Shown: piece after piece, positions 28,611-42,946 of the stretch | How positions within the stretch are numbered: position 1 is the first letter of the stretch | Layout of the letters: each line of letters begins with the position of its first letter | Origin: the human T2T-CHM13v2.0 reference genome, Homo sapiens | Length of the DNA: 64,000 bases | Assembly: GCF_009914755.1 (NCBI RefSeq) | Contig: NC_060928.1 | Direction: 5' to 3' (one strand) | Program-made: the position numbers and the translations under genes | The notes under the pieces: generated by a model | What the model was told of the DNA's origin: nothing | The model's database searches: none | Seen by the model: only the letters and a program-made list of their open reading frames with translations

Positions 28611-30749
28611 TCGTGGATTTATCTACCTTTGGTCTTCATGTTGGTGATCTTTGGATGGGGTTTCTGTGTGGACGTCCTTTTTGTTGATGTTGATGCTATT
28701 CCTTTCTGTTTATCAGTTTTCTTTCTAACACTCAGTCCCGTCTGCTGCAGGTCTGCTGGAGTTTGCTGGAGGTCTGCTCCACACCCTGTTTGCCTGGGTA
28801 TCACCAGTGGAGGCTGCAGAACAGCAAAGATTGCTGCCTGTTCCTTCCTCTGGAAGCTTTGTTCCGCAGGGGCACCTGCCAGATGTCAGCCAGAGCTCTT
28901 TTGTATGAGGTGTCTGTTGACCCCTGCTGGGAGGTGTCTCCCAGTCAGGAGGCACGGTGGTCAGGGACCCACTTGAGAAGGCAGTCTGTCCCTCAGCAGA
29001 GCTTGAGTGCTGTGCTGGGAGATATGCTCTCTTCAGAGCCAACAGGCAGGAACATTGAAGTCTGCTGAAAGTGCGCACACAGCTGCCCCATCCCCCAGGT
29101 GCTCTGTCCCAGGGAGATGGGAGTTTTATCCATAAGCCCGACTGGGGCAGCTGCCTTTCTTTCAGAGATGCCCTGTCCAGAGAGGAGGAATCTAGAGAGA
29201 CAGTCTGGCTACAGCAGCTTTGCTGGACTTCGGTGGGCTACGCCCAGTTCTAACTTCCTGGTGGCTTTGTTTATACTGCGAGGGGAAAACCACCTACTCA
29301 AGCCTCGGTAATGGCAGACACCACTCCCCACACCAAGCTCCAAAGTTGCCTTCAGACTGCTGTGCTGGCAGCGAGAATTTCAAGTCAGTGGATCTTAGCT
29401 TGCTGGGCTCTGTGGGGGTGGAATCTGCTGAGCTAGACCACTTGGCCCCCTGGCTTCAACCCCCATTCCAGGGTAGTGAATGGTTTTGTCTCGCTGGCAT
29501 TCCAGGTGCCACTGGGGTATGAAAAAAAACTCCTGCAGCTAGCTCTGTGTCTACCCAAACAGCCGCCCAGTTTTGTGCTTGAAACCCAGGGCCCTGGTGG
29601 TGTAGGCACCCAAGGGAATATCCTGGACTTTGGTTTGAGAAGACCATGGGAAAAGCATAGTATCTGTGCTGAAGTGCACCTTTCCTCACGGCACAGTTCC
29701 TCAGGGCTTCCCTTGGCTAGGGGAGGGAGTTCCCTGACACCTTGCACTTCATCGGTGAGGCAATGCCCCACCCTGCTTCAACTCACCTCTGTGGGCTGTA
29801 CCCACTGTCTAACCAGTCCCAATGAGATGAGCCAGGTAGCTCAGTTGGAAATGCAGAAATCATCCACCTTCTGCATTGATCTTGCTGGGAGCTGCAGACT
29901 GGAGCTGTTCCTATTCGGCCAGCTTGCCAGCCTGATACTCCGTACATTCTTAAAGATTCTAACTTTATCTTTTCTTGATTTCCTCATCTCCAGGATAAGG
30001 AAATTGTGTTGAATGAGCTTTGTGGGGCCATCCATCTCTACTATGCTGCAGTATGCTTTGGGGGAGTCCTATTACTTTATAACTACCTGCCATTCTCCAT
30101 TCTGTATCTGTCCAACTCAATCTATGATGGTTGTTGGATTAATCTTCATAATATAGAACCCTAATCACATTGAGCATCTGTTCTGGAATGGAAAAGAATA
30201 AAATGTTAATAACTTTCTTCATGCAATGGGAGTTTTGTGAGTTACCATTTATTAAAAGCTGACCAAATAAATTCTACTTAGTAAACAAAAATATATTGAT
30301 ACATTTTTATGTCTGGTACATTCTGGCACCTAAGGATAGTGAATTGATTCAGAATTTATGCATATCACACTAGTAGGGAAATTAAAATTCTATAATTTTG
30401 TATTTAATCTTAGCCGATGTATGTGTGTGTATATATATATATGCTTATCTTTCTGATATTAATTTTCTTACGTAGAACATGGATCCTCCAGGCATAACTA
30501 GTTTCTATTTCTCATGTACGTCCTCAGAATTCCCGAAACCTCTTTGTTATTGCCAATCTGGAATGACTTTCCTCCCTTTATCACATTTCTATTTATCTTT
30601 CAATATGCAGCTTAGATATTAGATAGCAAGTCTTCCTTCCTTTCTCAACATCTTCCTTCTTTTTCTATGGAACATTACTTTTTAACCTTGAACTATAAGT
30701 TACTTAGGTTCACATTTTCTCCTCCATGAGACTGCTACCTTTTGCAGGC

Positions 30750-30985
30750 AGGAAGTAGCTTAAAAGCATAAGCTTTTGAGTCAGATAGACCAGACTCTGT
30801 CTTTACCAGTTTTGCCTACCTAGGCAAGTTACTTGCTTTCTCTAAGTCTTGGTTTTCTCATCTGCAAAATGGGGATGTTAGTAATGACTTCTGTATAGGG
30901 TAGCAGTAAGAGTTAAAGAAGACAACGTTTGTAACACACTTAGTACCATGCTTGGTTCATTGGTAAGTTTCCAATAAATTCAAGG
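30750..30985 (+). mobile_element. MIR SINE, adjacent to L2 remnants
   Basis: 'ggcaagttacttgctttctctaagtcttggttttctcatctgcaaaatggggat'. Confidence 0.85.
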
Positions 30986-31894
30986 CATTTTTAATTATTA
31001 TATAATTTTAATTATATATTAACAATCCCTTCTACCCTGTGAACTCTTACAAATCACTCAGTGTTTTGGATGTAGCAAGTGTTTAATACATATATTTAGG
31101 AGAACTTTAACAAATGTTGTTGAATAAAGGCTTATAGGAATTCAGAAGAGGGAATGATTAGTTCTGATTGTTGGATTAAGGAAGACTTGATTGGAGTTGG
31201 CATTTGAACTTTCACGTCTGAGTTATGATTTGACAGAAATGAACAACAAAAAAACATTGGAAGCCAATGACATGCAATTTCAGGGAGAAGTGTCAGCTAA
31301 GCTTTACATTAATAATAGAACCTACTCAATGGGTCGGTTTGTTAATAAATGCATCTAAAGCATTGGCATAGTAAGAATATGGTAAATATTAGCCTGTGTT
31401 TTAACACCCCATATATAGACTACATGTTAAATAAATAACAAAAACTCACTTATAGTATATATGTGTATATACACACACATGCACACGTCATCTTTCACAC
31501 TAACTTGAAGGATCTCTGTATGGCAACATTTCCTTAATATTTTTGTTTGCAATATCCATTTAAAAGTACAAAGAAAACATTTATTTTAAAATATTGTTTA
31601 TTTCAGCTATATATTATTCTTCCTGTTTATTTGAATTAGTGAGACAATACTTTGCAAATGGCTTTAAGTTGTCAGCTGTTAAGGATTATCATGCCATTTT
31701 TTTCCCCACTGGTATAGCTAAATTTGAGAGAAATCTATATAAGTGACAGCTTACAACAGCTGCAATTGCTTGATATGTGAAAACAATCAAGGGATATATA
31801 TTATATGAAGTTCAAGGTCATTTTATTTTAATTAAACATGTCTTGAATTATAATATGTTCCATAATAATGTAACTAAGATTTTTTCTGTCATAC

Positions 31895-32525
31895 TCTTTT
31901 TAAATTTTTTGTTTTAATATACTTTCCAGACATATGAAAGTTACAAGAATAGTACAATAATTCTAATATACCTTTTATCCAGATTCCTCAATGTTAACAT
32001 TTTGACATCTTTACTTTATTTCTCTCCTTTTCTCTCTCACCCACACATACTCATTCTCTGTCTGAACTATGTGAAATAGTTGCAGACATGACACCCATCA
32101 TTTACTCCTGAATACGCCAGAGTGAGATTCTTAAAAATAACAAAAAATAGGATATTTTCTTAAATAACCAAAAAACAATTATCAAATTAAGATCATGCAA
32201 TATTATTATCTATTCCACAGACCTTATTTAGATTTTGCCATTTGTCCCAATAACATCCTTTATAACAACAGAAAAATCCCATATTTATGTTTTACATGTA
32301 GTTGTCACATCTCTCTGGTTCTCTTTTAATCTGGAACACTTCCTCAGTCTTTCTTTGTCTTTCTTGGCCTTAACCTTCTTGAAGAACACAGACCAGTTAT
32401 TTTGCAGAATGCCCCTCAACTTGTATTTGTCTGGTGTTTTCTGATGATTAGAATCAGGTGGTGCACTTGGAGCAGGAATAGCATAGAAGTGATATTTTCT
32501 TCTCAGTGCATCATGTCAGGAGGAC
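31895..32525 (-). mobile_element. Old L1 3' end (L1MC4/L1ME-like)
   Basis: 'aaagttacaagaatagtaca', 'gttgcagacatga', 'ttttgcagaatgcccctcaact'. Confidence 0.7.
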
Positions 32526-34388
32526 AACAAAAATAGTAAAACATAAATTTTGGAAATTTGGAAAGAAACACTTTTATAATTTTTTAGAATGTTTGAAAAC
32601 TTATATTTCTCAATTTTATTTATATTTAACATTTTTCATTTTTTAGCCAATCAGTAAAATATTAAGTATGGAATAACACTTTCTCTGCAAGGTTCTCTGT
32701 CAAATTTTTGCAATTTGTCAAGTGTATTTATTGTTAAATGAAGATAAATATAGAAAGACACTCTTTAGTAAGAAATTTAGTTATCTATGGTATTAAATAC
32801 TAACATGGGTTTGATATGAAATAGAGCATTGTGCAAGAATGTTTTTGACAGGTACAAATAAAGAGGTTGAACTAAGTAATTGGTTTGACAGATTTATTTT
32901 GCCAAATTTTGCCACCCAAATCTGAGGCCACTAATAGGGAAAAGATTCAGGCATTGCCTATTAATGCTCACTTAGTATTGGTTAGCTTTTTCAGACATTT
33001 GAGAGAAGGAATTTTCTTTTAAGTCAGAATTAATTTTAAATCAACAGTGCTCTTTTATATAGAAAGATATATGATACTCAGATTTTATGCCTGATCATTC
33101 TTTCTTTCTTATTTTCCCCTCAAGAGAGAAAAAACTACTGCCTGATTACAAATCCTGCAGTGCATATGTTGAATCTAATTACATGTTTCATATTGCTCCT
33201 TGCCAACAAATACATGTTAATAATAATGAATAATCAACCTCACTTAACAAGAGGAACACAAAATGTGTTTCTGCCATTTCTCATGATGGACAGACCCAGG
33301 AGTATGTCAAAGATGGTATCCTCACCACATCAGTTGCCTATGACTTATTACCAGCAACCTGCTCTAGATGATGAAGTGTGAAATTGATGGGCACTATAGG
33401 GAATTTGAACTGAGATTTCAGGCTAGGGAAGCGCTGTCTCACAATATTCGCCTGCCTTGTTCATTGGCTCACTGGTTTGCCCTAAGGCCTCTTTTTATAA
33501 TGCTCTGGAAAATGTTTCCTGGCTAAGTTTATGTATGTGTTACTGTATCTGGCTAGCAACCAGATTGATAGAATAAAGCTTACAGGAAATTTTACTATAT
33601 CCTGTTCCCCAGCTGATAGCAAGAAGTCTGAGCCATATAAGAACTGACTGAACAGAATGAATGGATGAAATATTTGAGCATGTCATTATGAGGATATCTT
33701 TCACTGCAGAAGATATTATAGACACTAAAGGGGAAAATGTTGTGCTGTTATCACCTCCCAACTTTTTTAAATTAACTTTTAGAGATTAGTTTGTTAGTGA
33801 TTCCCACATTTAACTCATGTCAAATGATTCTTTTATAATAGAAGTATTAATTTATAATTTATATTTGATTTATGAAATTGCTTGAATAGTCAAGTATTGA
33901 TTAATTTAGCAGAGTCTGAAAGTATAGTATATACTATATCCCTATAATTTATTTCAGAAATTTTCATTTACTTCTGGAATTATTTTCCTCCTGCTTTATT
34001 TGAAAAGTCAAGATATTATTATGTTGCTATAACATTAGTAGAAAAATTCCAGGGAGGCAGTAGAGAGACATATAAGCAAAACTCAAGTTTTCAAGCAGGC
34101 CTGAATTTAAAGGTGTATCCTAGCTACTTAATCTCAAGCAAATTAGCTAACATTTCCAAGCCTTAAATTTCTTAGCTTGGAGAATCATAATATTTACCTC
34201 ACATTCTTAAGTAAAATAATGTATAAAATAACTTGCACAGTGCCTGGCTTTACTTTCTCCTCTCACCCAGTACTTTGATATTTTTGTTGAGGCATAAACA
34301 GTGGAATATAAATGTTAACATTATTTAGTATTTTATTTCATCATGATATTTTGTTTCTCTTTGAACTTACTAAATTTAATTTTCCTTT

Positions 34389-34690
34389 TCTTTTTAATTT
34401 TTGAGACAGGGTCTTGCTCTGTTTCCAGGCTGGAATGCAGTGGCACAATTATAGCTCACTGTAGCCTCAAACTCCTGAGCTAAAGGGATCCTCCCCCTCA
34501 GCCCCCCAAGTACTTAGGAATACAGGCGTGTGCCATCATGCTCAGCTTTTTTTTTTTTTTTAAAGTTTTTGTAGAGATGGAGCCTTTTGCTTTATTGCCC
34601 AGGCTGGTCTCGAACTCCTGGCCTCAAGCAATCCTGTAGCCTTAGCCTCGCAAAGTGCCCAATTACAGGCGTGAGTCATCTTTCTCAGCC
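34389..34690 (-). mobile_element. AluJ
   Basis: Degenerate J-type Alu; TSD taattttccttt at 34377 and 34691. Confidence 0.92.
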
Positions 34691-35268
34691 TAATTTTCCT
34701 TTCTTTAGAAACAAAATTGGACTCATGACTCTATTAGCATTCTTAAGAAGTATTCTACGCAGAACAGAAGTAGAACAAGCAAGAAAAAGTGAAAATACAT
34801 CTATTGCTAAGGGAAGGAAGAATTAAAACACAAATATATTTTTGATAAGATTTTTAAAAATAAAATCTAAATTTTTGGAATATTTTTGCACTTATAATTC
34901 TGTATCTTAGTTTATTTAACTACTTATCTTTTTTTTCTTTTTTTTTTTTTAACAAAGATAATGCGGGTTTGGATGAAGCACTTCTAAGTCAAAATGAACT
35001 TTTCCCACAGTGGTCAGGAATTGCCATAGTGCTATTTTCTAAGGTGCATAGCATGTCTGTGTGGGGTAGTTCGTATTTTGAAGCCCAGAGACTCTTTTCC
35101 TAGCAGGAATAGTTTTTCTGTGAGATGCTTTGAAAGATATTTTGCTTCATTTAAATGCCCTGTCAGAATAAATGTGCCACTTCTTGCGCATACCTTGTAC
35201 AAGGTCTGCAACCTCTGTAAACTCTGAATGCCACTGGCAAAACTAAGCAATGTTCTGGTTAACCTTCA

Positions 35269-35680
<412 letters not shown>

Positions 35681-35714
35681 TCATTCATGGCTTCATAATA
35701 TATAGGAATTATGA

Positions 35715-35945
<231 letters not shown>

Positions 35946-36559
35946 TAATAATCGCTTCTGATTTTTTGTCTTAATTCATATGTAGATAGTTTATTTCAGG
36001 ACTTTCACTTTAAGTTTTATGAAAAGAATTATTGTGTTTGTGTACATATAATGTATTTTTAAAAATAACTACCAATTTGGGCTAAACTCAAGTAATTTTT
36101 TTCTGTAATGTCAAAGTCATCTCATTGATAATAACTATGCTGGAACACAAGTTCATTTTATTTCTACAAAGCACATCTCACATTCTTTCCCTCTGTCTGA
36201 GATGGACAATTTGTTCGAATTTGACCTTTCTTCCTCCTAGAGGCATAAATTTGGGCTGATTTATTTGGATAAGATTGGATATTGCACCTGGTGTGGATAG
36301 TACTAGATTACATCTTCAGGAAATTGAACTTTTTCTGTTTACCCTTTAGAACAAACAGCTTTCTGAAATGAATATGTTAGAGACAGTGTTAGCTTCTTTT
36401 TTTGTTTCCATTCTGCTACATAGGATCTTTTCATTTTACAAAAAAGTAGCTTTCTGTTGCTTTAGCAGGTTGGTATATTATACTTTCTGAAACTAAACTT
36501 CCTGATACATTCTTGGTAAAATTCAGGGTGGTGTGCAGTTGGTGTTGACCTATATGCCT

Positions 36560-38390
36560 TAAAACTTTTTTATATTAATGTAATCTAAATTTACAGAAAA
36601 TTACAAAAATAGTACAAAAAAATCCAGATTCACTGTTTACATTTTTATTTTGCCCAATTTTTTTTTATCATTCATGCTCCAGTTCTTTTTCTTTCTCTCT
36701 CCCTCTGTATATGTGTGTATGTGTATGTATATATTTTTCTTGAACCAGTTGAAAGTGAGTTGTAGGCACTGCACCCGTTTAACCCTTACATTCTTTTATA
36801 TAACCAGAATAGAATGATCAAAGTCAGGAATTTTAATATGGATACAATGTTACTATCTCCATAGCCTATATTCAAATGTCATCAATTGTCCCAATATCTT
36901 TTATATTTATCTTATATCTTATTCAGTTCAAGATTATATTGTATGTAGTTTTCAAGTTTCCTTAGTTTCCTTTAATACAGAATTAGCTTCTCTTTTGTCA
37001 TTTATGATCTTCATATTTTTGGAGAGTACAAGCAAATTAGTTTGAAGAATGTCCATCAATTTGAGTTTGTCTGATTAGATTCATATTATGGATTTGGGGC
37101 AGGAATACTACAGAAGTGATGCACCACAGAAAAGGCATGGGATGTTAGTTTATCCTGTTATTGTTAATGGTGATGTTAAGTACCTAGTTAATATGGCACC
37201 TGCCAGGTTTCTGTACTGTAATGTTACTGTTTTTTACTTTGCAATTAAGTAATTTGTGGTAGTCTGAGACTATGTACATATCTTATTCCTCACCTGCTTT
37301 TCATTTAGCATCTGTCGTAGTTTGTTTTTTGTTGCTGTAACAGAATATCATAGACTAGGTAAATTATAAAAATAGAAATTTATTTGGCTCATGGTTTTTG
37401 AGGTGGAGAAGTCGAAGAGCATGGCACTAGCATCTGGTGAGGGTCATCCCATGGCAGAATGTGGAAGGCAGAAGAGAGCACATGAGACAGAGAGAGACAC
37501 CAGGGACCAGACTAGCTTTATAACAATTCACCCTCCCAATAACTAACCCATTCCCTAAATAATAACATTAACCCATTCATGAGGGCAGAGCCCTCACAAC
37601 CTGATCACCTGTTATTAAGCCTTACCTTCCAACAAAGTTGCATTGGATTAAACTTACAACACATGAACTTTTGGGGAACACATACAACCCAAAATAGCAT
37701 CCATTGATGATTGTTGCCTGAATTAATTATCATTAATTACTATAATGTTTGCAAAATTGTGACTTTCTAGCACCCATAATTTATTCTACATTCATTAATT
37801 GGCAAACTAAGGAAAAGCTTTCCTTTCTCTTCCCCACTTATCATTTGTTTTCTTTATCTGTATCAGGATAAATTCGTGGATTCTTATTTTTTCAATGGAT
37901 TACATTCTATTATTATCATTATTTATTTTGATACTCAAATTTTCCCACATTTGGCCAGTAAAAGCCCCTTCAAACTAACTCCTGCATCGTTTTGACATGT
38001 TCTCATCACTCCTGGAGCACTTCCTTGATTTCTGACATCACAAAATGTTCCAAGATTATATTGTCCTTTGTCTGACCTAGCGCTGAAAGTAGCCTTTATT
38101 CCAAGATCTGGATGTACAGTGTAATAATAGCTACTGGTATGCTACTGCTTTTAGGCCTTCTCAGTGGACACAACTAGGACATATGTGTGTCAGTTTGTGT
38201 ATATGTTTGTGTGTAATCAGATCAAACAGATACTCAGATACTTCTAATTCTAATCCAGAAGCAGAGAGTTTGTTTTAGTCTTCTCATGTTGAACAGTAAG
38301 AAACCTGAGAAATTTGCTCATTTGTAGAATACACAGAAAGTATTTTCAAAATTGTTGACTTATAACATTTTTAAAACAAACTAATATAAA
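36560..38390 (-). mobile_element. Old L1 3' region (L1MC4/5-like), interrupted by an MST LTR
   Basis: 'tttacagaaaattacaaaaatagtaca', 'ggcaggaatactacagaagtgatg', 'atttggccagtaaaagccccttcaaact'. Confidence 0.7.
37313..37699 (-). mobile_element. MST (B/C-like) solo LTR
   Basis: 'gttgctgtaacagaatatcatagactaggtaa', 'ccattcatgagggcagagccctca', 'acacatgaactttggggaacacat'. Confidence 0.85.
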
Positions 38391-40180
38391 GTCATCACAG
38401 GAAAAGAAAACAGAGTAGCATCTCTTATGAATATAGATGTGAAAACTCTCAGCAAAGTATTAGTTAACCAAATCCAGCAACAGATTAAAAAAAAAATCAT
38501 ACACCATAACCAAATCAATTTACCCTAGAAAGGCAAGGTTGATATAGCATCCAAAAGTCAATTAAAATAATACATCATATCAATAGTATACAGGGCAACA
38601 ACCACATTTATTTGTATCAATATCGATTCATGGATTTTTATTTTGTTCAATGAGTTGTGAAATATTTTGACACTCAATTTCCCTAATGCCTACATAAAAA
38701 AGGCATTTGATAAAATGCACACTTTCATGCTTAAAACACTTAACAAACTAGGAAAAGAAGGGAACATCCTCAACCAGTTAAAAGACATCTACCAAAAACC
38801 ACAATTAACATCATACTTAATTGTAAAGGCTAAATGTATTCTCCCTAAAATCAGTAATGATGAGAATGTCTTCTCTTACCAGGACAACTAGGAATAAAAA
38901 GGAAAAAAAAAGGCCTCTACATTGGAAAAAGAGAAGGGAGAAAACTATCTCTATTTGCAGATAACATGATCTTCTATACAGAAAATCCTAAGACATCCAC
39001 TGAAAAACTGTTACAATTACTAAACAAGTTTACCAATATTGCAGAATATAAAAGCAATATACAAGTTAGTTGAACTTGCACCTGCAATGAACAATCTGAA
39101 AGTGAAAGGAAGAAAATAATCCCATTTACAACCCTATCATAAAGATTACAATAACCCTTACATTACATCATACTCATAATTTAACTCTAAATGGATCAAA
39201 GATGTAAAGTAAAATGTAAAACTATAAAACTCTTGGAAGAAAACATAGACATAATTATTTGTGATACTGGATTATACAAAGCCTTCTAAGAATGACACTA
39301 AAAATACAAGCAATAAAATAAAAAATGTAAATTGGACATGATCAACATTTTAAAACTTTTAAGGCCGGGCATGGTGGCTCATGCCTGTAAATCCTAGCAC
39401 TTTCGGAGGCTGAGGCAGGCAGATCACTTGAGGACAGGAGTTCGAGACAACCTTGGTCAACATGGAGAAACCCTGTCTCTACTAAAAGTACAAAAAATTA
39501 GCCAAGTGTGGTGGCTCGCACTTGTAGTCCCAGCTACTAAGGAGACTGAGTCAGGAGAATCGCTTGGACGCCAGAGGCGAAGGTTGCAGTGAACCGCAGA
39601 CTGCGCGCCACTGCACTCTGCCCTGGGCAACAGAGCAAGACTTGGTCTCAAAAGAAAAACACCATCCAAAAAAAAAAAAAAAAGACCACAATCCACATAA
39701 TGTGAGACTATTATGGCAAATTATATGCCTGATAAGAAACTTATATCTGAAAAATATAAAGCAATATTATTTCCATAACAAAAGACAAATAACCCAATTT
39801 TAAAATGGGCAAAGTATCTGAGTAGACATTTCTTCAAATAAGAGATATGGGTAAATACTAAGCACATGAATATATGCTCAACATCATTAGCTGTTAGGGA
39901 AATGCAAATCAAAACCGTAATGAGATACCACTCCACATCTGATAGTATTGCTACAAATAAAATAGCCAGATAATAACAAATGTTGGCCAGAATGTGGATA
40001 AATTAGCATCCTCATATACTGCCGTTAGGAATGTAAAATGTTGCAGCCACTTTGGAGAACATTTTGACAGTCCCTTAAAGCTTAAACATGATAATATGAC
40101 TCAGCAAGTCTACTCTATGTTTACACCCACGAGAATTGAAAACATACACCCAAACAAAAACTTGTGCAATGAATGGTCAT
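38390..40180 (+). mobile_element. Old L1M ORF2 fragments with internal deletions, interrupted by an Alu
   Basis: ORF 38667-38891 [21 protein letters not shown]; 'tctctatttgcagataacatgat' (LFADDM region); 'gaaatgcaaatcaaaacc'. Confidence 0.82.
39363..39655 (+). mobile_element. AluS
   Basis: Full dimer; no clear TSD. Confidence 0.92.
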
Positions 40181-40314
40181 GTATGTGCTATATGTGATGT
40201 ATCCATCAACAGTAATATATTTATGTAATTTACATATGCTGAGAATGGGGAACATACTCAAAATATTTTTTTTACTGATAAGTGTTCAATAAAGTTTGGA
40301 GACCACTGTCTTAG

Positions 40315-40682
40315 AGCAATAGTTCCCATACTTTCCATGCATGAGGTTCAACAAGGTGTTTGTTAAAGATTTCCAGGCCCTAACCCCAGAGTGTCTAGTT
40401 CAGTAGATCTAAGGTAGAGCCTAAAAGTTTGCTTTTCTAAGCAGTCTCCAGATGATGCCAGTGCATTGGTCCAGGGGACATGCTTTGGGTACTTAGATTG
40501 TTGTCCCTGTTATGCTAAAGCTTACTGAGGATGCCTGTTAAAATACATATTTTAAGGCCCCACCTCTAGAAATTATATATCAATAGGCCAAGAATTGGCT
40601 TCAGAATTTGCGTTAACAGTGACCACAGGTGATTCTGACTCAGCGGGCCTAAGGATCATCACTTTTTGAGTAATGCTGCTTA
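40315..40682. mobile_element. Two adjacent MER5-type MITE remnants
   Basis: 'ccaggccctaaccccagagtgtctagttcagtagatct..ttgcttttctaagcag' and 'aggccccacctctagaa..atttgcgttaacagtgaccacaggtgattctga'. Confidence 0.6.
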
Positions 40683-42373
40683 GGAGCTTAGAGAGTGGAG
40701 TTATGAAATGGTGGGTGTCAGTCAGGGAGAAGCAGCATTGTCCCTTTTGAAAACTGGGAAACCGTTCTTCAAATATTCTCAGAGTCTGAGAATAAATTCA
40801 GAGTCAGGAAAATTCTCCTTGGATTCTCTCTTAAAGGATACTGATGGAAAAAAAAGACATGAGCTAATGAGAAGCATTCAATAAAATAGAAATGTTTGAA
40901 AGCTTTTTTCCCCCCTTGGGAGCTAGATTTATACTTTTGTTTGCAAACAAATTTTCAAGAATATAGAAATTATGTAAAGCACGATTTTTTGGTATCATTA
41001 TTACTATTTTAAAACTAAACATTTAAAACTTTTATTCCATTAGAACATCATAACCTTCACATACATTTACTGACTACAAAATTGATAAAGTAAAAGAAAG
41101 AAAAATAATCACCTTTGGTCTTACAATCATTGTAAAATTTCTGAATTTCTTTACAGGTTTTTGTTTTTGCTTTTAGTACAGAGTTGTGTTGTTGTTATTT
41201 AGTTTCATGATTTCTTTGTATTAGTGATGATAGTGTATATGATGTTTTGTTTCCTTTTTTCCTCCTGAATTGTGTCATAAATATTTTCCCTGTGGTTTCA
41301 TAAATACTTTATAAGGATGGCCCATTGAATTATAGTGTACCGCCATTTGTTTTACATTTTTAAATATTTAGAAGTTATATTTCCTACATTTTCCATTAGA
41401 TTCATAGAGTTTTATAATTGGAAGTTACCAAAGATGATTTCTACTTGTCCATTTTACAAATAGTTAAACCAGTTTTCCCAAAGTCACAAAGTTAAAAAAT
41501 GGCAAAGTTAGAGCTAAAGCCCGTTTTCTCACTCTTGTACTGTTTATTCCACTATGTTGTTCTGTTTTCTCTAATAATTTAAAATTTACTGGAAAGAACA
41601 TTAGATTTGTGCCACTTTGTTTCCTACTTAACCCATTTATTCTTTGTTCTTTTTTCCTCTTTTTCTGCCTGCTTTGAGGCAGTTTGAGTATTTTTTATGA
41701 TTCTGTCTTATCTCCACAATTGACTTATTGAGTATATCTCACTTAAAAAAAAGTAGTAGTTTCCTTAGGGTTTAAGATACACATCTTTATCACAGTCTAA
41801 AGAGCTTTAGAATAAAGTTTTCAGAAAGAGCTTTAGAATAAAGTAAATGCAGGTACCTAACTGACACATAGTTTTAACAAAATATATCTTGTTTGTGTAG
41901 TATAAATTAAGATATTTTGTATATTATTGACATTTATGATAACTAAATAAATTTCTTATATTATCCCTACTTTTTTTTAATGCAAAGACTGCCAAGCATG
42001 TTGTATTCCTTAACCCAAATATGTCAAGTTCTTATAGTGGACAAATGTGAATTTCGGATCTCCCCATTAACAAGACATTTATAAGAAGACTGTTTTCCTA
42101 GGTTTTCTTTTTAATTGCAGTGCTGCTAATAGAGATGACGTGTCTTCAAGGGGAAGTGACCAAATCTTGAACCTTATTTAAAACTACCATAGATTTTTGA
42201 ACTGTGAATTTTATTATTAAGACATGAAAGTGTAGTTTGTGTGTCTATATGTGTTTTCTCTTTTTTGCCTTTGCAACCAATGTAAGTGTACACATTGAAT
42301 GTTGGAGTTAGAAAGGGACTCAAAAGCTCGTTTAAACCAAACTCTTTATATAACAGAAAAGGAAACACAGGCT

Positions 42374-42946
42374 GTACTGATTATCTATTGCTGCATAATA
42401 AATTACTGTAAAACTTAGTGGTTTATACAGCGAGTATTTATTATCTCACAGTTTCTGTGGTCCAGCAATCCTGGGATGGCTTAGGTGGGCCCTCTGGCTC
42501 AGAGCCTCTCACAAGGCTACACAGTCAGTGTGTAGGCTGGGCTGTGGTCTCATCACAAGGCTCAACTTGGAGAGGACCCACTTCCAAGTCCATTTACATG
42601 TCTGTTAGCAGGATCCTGTTCAAGTACTGTTGGAATGAGGGTCTCAGATCCTCACTGGCTGTTCACTGGGAGCATTAGTTGCTACGGGCCTCTCTGTAGG
42701 GCAGCTGAGAGCATCGCAGTTGGCTTCCCTCAGAGTGTGCCATGGAGAAAGCAAGCCAAAGAGGGAATTCACAGTCTGTTTATAACTTAAACAGACTTGG
42801 AAGTGACATCCCATCCCCTTTACTATATTCTGCTCATTTGAAGTGAGTCACTAGGTTCAGCCTATAATGAAGGGGAGAGGATTACACAAAGGTGTGAATA
42901 CAGGAGGGAGGACCATTGGGAAGTACCTTAGATGCTGCCTACCACA
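42374..42946 (-). mobile_element. MLT1F/G-like solo LTR
   Basis: 'ttatctattgctgcataataaattac', 'tttattatctcacagtttctgtgg', 'gaagtgacatcccatc', 'gctgcctaccaca'. Confidence 0.85.

Larger units (their letters stand above)
23496..29930 (-). mobile_element. Full-length inactive LINE-1 (L1PA7/8-like)
   Basis: Poly-T and 3' UTR at 23496; fragmented ORF2 and ORF1 homologies; 5' terminus revcomp 'ctggcaagctggccgaataggaacagctcc'; probable TSD ccttatact (23487) / cctgatact (29931). Confidence 0.95.

Noticed and set aside
23496-29930. Potentially active LINE-1
   Set aside because: ORF1 and ORF2 are broken into many short frames; old subfamily with decayed CpGs
29476-30012. Longest ORF in the window (178 aa) as a novel gene or intact ORF0
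   Set aside because: Antisense reading of the L1 5' UTR with a GTG start; the true ORF0-equivalent starts at 29311 and is frameshifted
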